Origin: Catajapyx aquilonaris
Taxonomy: Eukaryota
DNA length: 55,258 nt
Assembly (NCBI GenBank): GCA_000934665.2
Contig: KZ538139.1
Location: forward strand, 62,001-117,258
Direction of reading: 5' to 3'
The position numbers were made by a program, and so were the translations under genes. The notes under the pieces are model-generated. The model saw only the letters and a list, made by a program, of their open reading frames with translations, was not told the DNA's origin and made no database searches. Of this stretch, positions 51,127-55,258 are shown piece after piece. The first letter of the stretch is position 1. Each line of letters begins with the position of its first letter.

Positions 51127-51652
51127 CCCCCGTTCTGCGCCTGCGCTATGGGGAGAGGCAGCGCCTCTGGTGGCTGAGAGAAGGAACTAGTAGCCTAGTA
51201 ATGTAATAATATATTATAATAAATTATAATATTACTAAACTACTAGTAAAATAACTATTAAGTAATTATTATATTATTAGATAAATAAAATAATTAATCC
51301 TTAGCCCATGTCCTTTCATCCTTGCACCGGAGTTAGAAGAAAAATCAGAAAATTGCAGGAAAATGGTGGTATTCCACCCCCCCCCCCTATAAGGGCATAT
51401 GGCCCTATCAACGGGGCAACGTAAAAAATAATTAATATTATATTATTAAATAAAAATAATAATTAATTATGACATTATTAAATAAAAATAACAATCAATT
51501 ATTATATTATTAAATAAAAATAAAAATCAATTATTATATTATTAAATAAAAATAAATAACAGTAATAAATATAATAAATTATATTACTTGGATACTAGTT
51601 CCTCCATCAAGACACCAGAGGCGCTACCTCCCCCATTGAGCAGGCACGGGGG
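51127..51652. mobile_element. ~525-bp foldback/MITE-like element with internal AT-rich ~32-bp tandem repeats
   Basis: Arms GCCTGC..ATGGGGAGAGGCAGCGCCTCTGGTG..GGAACTAGTA and TACTAGTTCC..CACCAGAGGCGCTACCTCCCCCAT..GCAGGC; about four copies of AATCAATTATTATATTATTAAATAAAAATAA at ~51430-51555. Confidence 0.8.
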
Positions 51653-54197
51653 CCAATCGTCGCGCAAACAATATACGGTGGGCCAATCAGAAGCATCCGT
51701 CATACAACGAACAATTTTAATATTATAGACATAATTATCGTGAATGTGGGTAATATTTACGCGGCAAGTACAGTACGTTGAGATGCAAGTGTGCTCTGTT
51801 TAATTACCCAAAGGCACCGTTGCATTTTTGGTACATGCATGGGGAGCGTGCACATGTGTCAAAATAATGGGGCAATGCTTTAGGATGAAATCAGCGTGCG
51901 TTGAAAACAGTTATGCTAAAATGCACTTGTGTAATTGACCTACATGCTTTCTTTCCGCATTTTGAATGCGCACTATGCACTGCAGCTTTTTAGCTCTTTT
52001 TTAAAAAAACAAAAAAAGGGTGGTACGACACCGCACCTTTACAGTGCAGTGGAGGCCACCAATTTTGGACCATACTGTATTCATGATTAGACCGCGCCCT
52101 GATATAGCTAGAACACAAACTAGAGTCTGGGTGAGAATTATGTTTTGCTTTGCATGCAGCAGGTTAGGCTTGCATACGACTGTAGATAACACGGTGTAAG
52201 AGCAAAGGTGGACTATAAACAATTTAATAGCCAAGCAAACAGGATACATTTTCTCAACGGTATTTTTGTCGCTGGTATATACGACACGGAGCATCTATAA
52301 AGAACGCTTTAATTGCGTTAAGAATTGTTCATGCTTGTATTTGGGGTAGGTAGGCCCGTGAAGGCCAGCCAACTGCTATTTTGCCGGAAAGTCACGTGGC
52401 TTATCGGATTTGAAATGGACAGGTCCGATTTTACGACTCACTATTCGTGTACCGTGTGTGTTTCATAGGTTCTGTGTAGCATGGGTATAGTATGGCCATT
52501 ATGTAGAGTGAATAATCGCTGCTTGCTGACACCCGGATGCTGAGGAATGGTGGGCCGGATGGGGAAAGGGAAAGTGCTTTATGGCCATGTTTTTTTTGAT
52601 CGAAGAAGGGTGCACATTACTTGTCCCCAGAAGCGGTCACAAGTTTCCCTTAACGCTGGATAAATAAATCAAAAAAAAAAAAATTATAACCGAGTTTGGC
52701 GACAGTTATAGGTTGGGGCATACTACTGTTTGATGCTAATTGTTGTGCTTTTGAGGTTAGATTTAACGACTTACAAATTTGCTCAATAAATAGACTGCGA
52801 TGGGAAGCAATTTGAAATCGGTTTTTATGTGACAATGAGTGAAAACAACTCTGTTTTTGAGTGCAAATAGTCAATCAAAGCAGTTGTTTTGAATAAATAA
52901 TTGCTGTCCAAATAATTTATTGCACACGACGTAATGGCACGTAACTTTTAAATGTTGACCCACATTCTATCATCGTTCCCCCACCAGTAAATATTTCCCC
53001 CCCATAATTAAATGTGACGTTGCCATGATTACTGTGTCCAATGAATCACATCTTGCGTGTTTGGACACCGGGACGTACTGCACCAAAATGGGTTTTATTT
53101 GCTAGACAAATGGCCAACAGCATGAAAAAATTAACTAATTGATACCTATCATTTAAAAAATCATCCAGGTTTAAAGAGTCCAGAGATAACTTTAGAGCTC
53201 ACAAATTACGAGCGTTGCTATTAAAACTACTAATAGTCACGTAGAAGTTAGCACGATATTCCGTCATTTATCTGCATGATGACAGCCAAGGGTTTTCTGA
53301 AAGTAACTTAGGTAAAAGTAGCTTGGAAATAAATTTTTGAACAAGTTGGAGATGGAAACAGGGACATGAAATTTTAAAGTTTTTGGAGGCCATGCCTATT
53401 TTTACTGATATAAATATCCGAAAACCGGTGACGTGATCTGGTTGTAGGTCACACTATAAGGGTCTGTTGAAATTTTTATGACCACCTTTTTTTTAAAAAA
53501 TAAAAATCTGCTTTCCACGCACATTCTTCAATTTCAATTGTTGAAAGGTCGACCCCATTATTTATTCGAAACTCGCCCATTACTTTTCGAATAACATTTT
53601 CAGGCAGAAGCCATTGATCATATTATGAGATGGAAACAAGCCAACGTTCGATAGATGCGTATATATAACCACATTTCCAATAATCGGATCAATTTTTTTT
53701 TTTTTGTTTAAAGCTATACCTTCACACTTTAAGTCTGCTCCATTCTTCAGGGTTTTAGGACCAGGAACTTTCTCAACCGGTGATGAACCTACCCCGTTTG
53801 AGCCAGGAAAGTGGAGAGTGGGCCTCCGATAATTAATTGATTTAGCCGCGGATGGGAATGGAGTAATGGTGGTGGGTTGTGGGGAGAGGAGAAGAGCGGG
53901 GAGAGGGGGAGTAATATATATATAAAAAAGAAAGGAGCGTTAGGCGCCTTTTCAAAGAAAACGGGCTGACTTTGGCAACTCGCTAATGGAAATTGGAATC
54001 TGTCGCCAACTGGGCTTAATAGTCCCTGATAAGACTATACCGGAGTTTTTGAACGGAGACAATGTGGCAATTAAGGGACTGATGGCGTAAATTTTAAGTT
54101 GGTGAAACAGTGCGCTAGATGGAGTTGGAGCGAGTTTGATGAGGCCTAGTGAGAGGCTAGGCTGCTTGTCATTAGCTACCTGAAGCTATTCGATCTA

Positions 54198-54459
54198 CAG
54201 GGTGTTAATCCTAAGCCTGTCACCAGAAAGGGCGCAAGTGTGAGCATTTTTGCATAATGAACTAGGGGTCGGAAACGCACCCTCACCGAGTCACTCCGCC
54301 GCGTGCCGCACGCCTCTTGCACACTGCCTGCTGCAAACTTGAAAGGGGCGTAACTCGGTGAGGGTGAGTTTCCGACCCCTAGTTCCTTATGCAAAAATTC
54401 TCACACCTGCGCACTCTACCACCACCTTTTCTGGTGACACGCTTAGGATTAACACCCTG
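54198..54459. mobile_element. 262-bp Tc1/mariner-type MITE
   Basis: TA|CAGGGTGTTAATCCTAAGC...GCTTAGGATTAACACCCTG|TA, with ~100-bp imperfect TIRs. Confidence 0.9.
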
Positions 54460-54992
54460 TAGGATAACCTAAAAAATTCTCAAAGTGGTACCGGTACAGA
54501 TGACATGGGTTGATGTGTGCCGTTCGTTCCATTTGAACTCATGTTATCTCTAAAACAATGTGGCAAATCATGTGTTAGGGTAGTACTAATGCTACTTCCA
54601 ATTTAATTTATTGTCACCTGTTCAGAATAGTAGTTAATTAGTACACACATGTTAGCAGGGGTCTGAAAATAACGGTTAATAACGTTGCGCACAATGTAAG
54701 CTCTTTAAATGCATTATTATGTGATGCATCATGCGAATTATAGGGGCATATAGAAGGTGCCTGGGTGCCTGCTGGAGTGGGTGAAAAACAGCCCTCGAAG
54801 CTGATTAACTAAATCGCGTTCAAATAGTAATTGAACAGTATTGTAGCATGCCATAACGCTCAAAACCCTTGTCGTCATGATTATGACCATGTACATTTCA
54901 TGACTTGCAGCGTCACAGAGGATGTCACGTACTAATTAGAGACATGTACTGTACTGTACAGTACAGTATGTTCCAGTTTATATAGTCCGGGC

Positions 54993-55258
54993 CCTAAGCG
55001 TCTTAACCTTGCATTTTGTGATAAGAAGGTGCCACTTGGCACATATGTTCCTTAGGCCTATAGGAGCGATTCCAGAGTTGCAGGCAACTGATCGGCCCCT
55101 TAGGTCACGAGTTATGCGGTGTTGCCAACATGGCCGGGGATGACCTGAGCGTTTTTAACGCTGCATTTTGTGATAAGAAGGTGCCGCTTGGCACATATGT
55201 TCCCTAGGCCTGTAGGAGTCGTTTGAGACATGGCGGCACTTGATCGGCTCCTTAGGTC
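54993..55258. repeat. ~152-bp tandem repeat, at least 1.7 copies, running off the window edge
   Basis: GCATTTTGTGATAAGAAGGTGCC(A/G)CTTGGCACATATGTTCC at 55011 and 55163. Confidence 0.85.

Overview
This is eukaryotic, very probably arthropod, genomic DNA: it has spliceosomal introns, interstitial TTAGG repeats and a Shal protein close to the insect one. Three protein-coding genes can be assembled by hand. (1) Histidine ammonia-lyase (HAL) on +, with 11 exons at 73-3111; its 5' exons lie left of the window. (2) A convergent COMMD7-like gene on - (3386-4051) that appears to encode only the 77-aa COMM domain. (3) The 3' part of a Shal/Kv4 (KCND) K+ channel on -, with exons at 34273-34435, 27044-27229 and 22622-22783. 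These are followed by two alternative last exons: a Drosophila-type tail ending [10 protein letters not shown] (17270-17389) and a vertebrate-type tail ending in the PDZ ligand VVRISTL (10682-11125). Everything from 34436 to the end is the >20 kb intron that splits the pore GYG motif. The Shal introns hold many palindromic MITE-like elements, a tRNA-derived SINE, a dispersed CTCF-motif module, full CRE sites and the start of a ~152-bp tandem repeat. I saw no prokaryotic-type system, CRISPR array or intact transposase. Homologue comparisons are from memory and need alignment to confirm.
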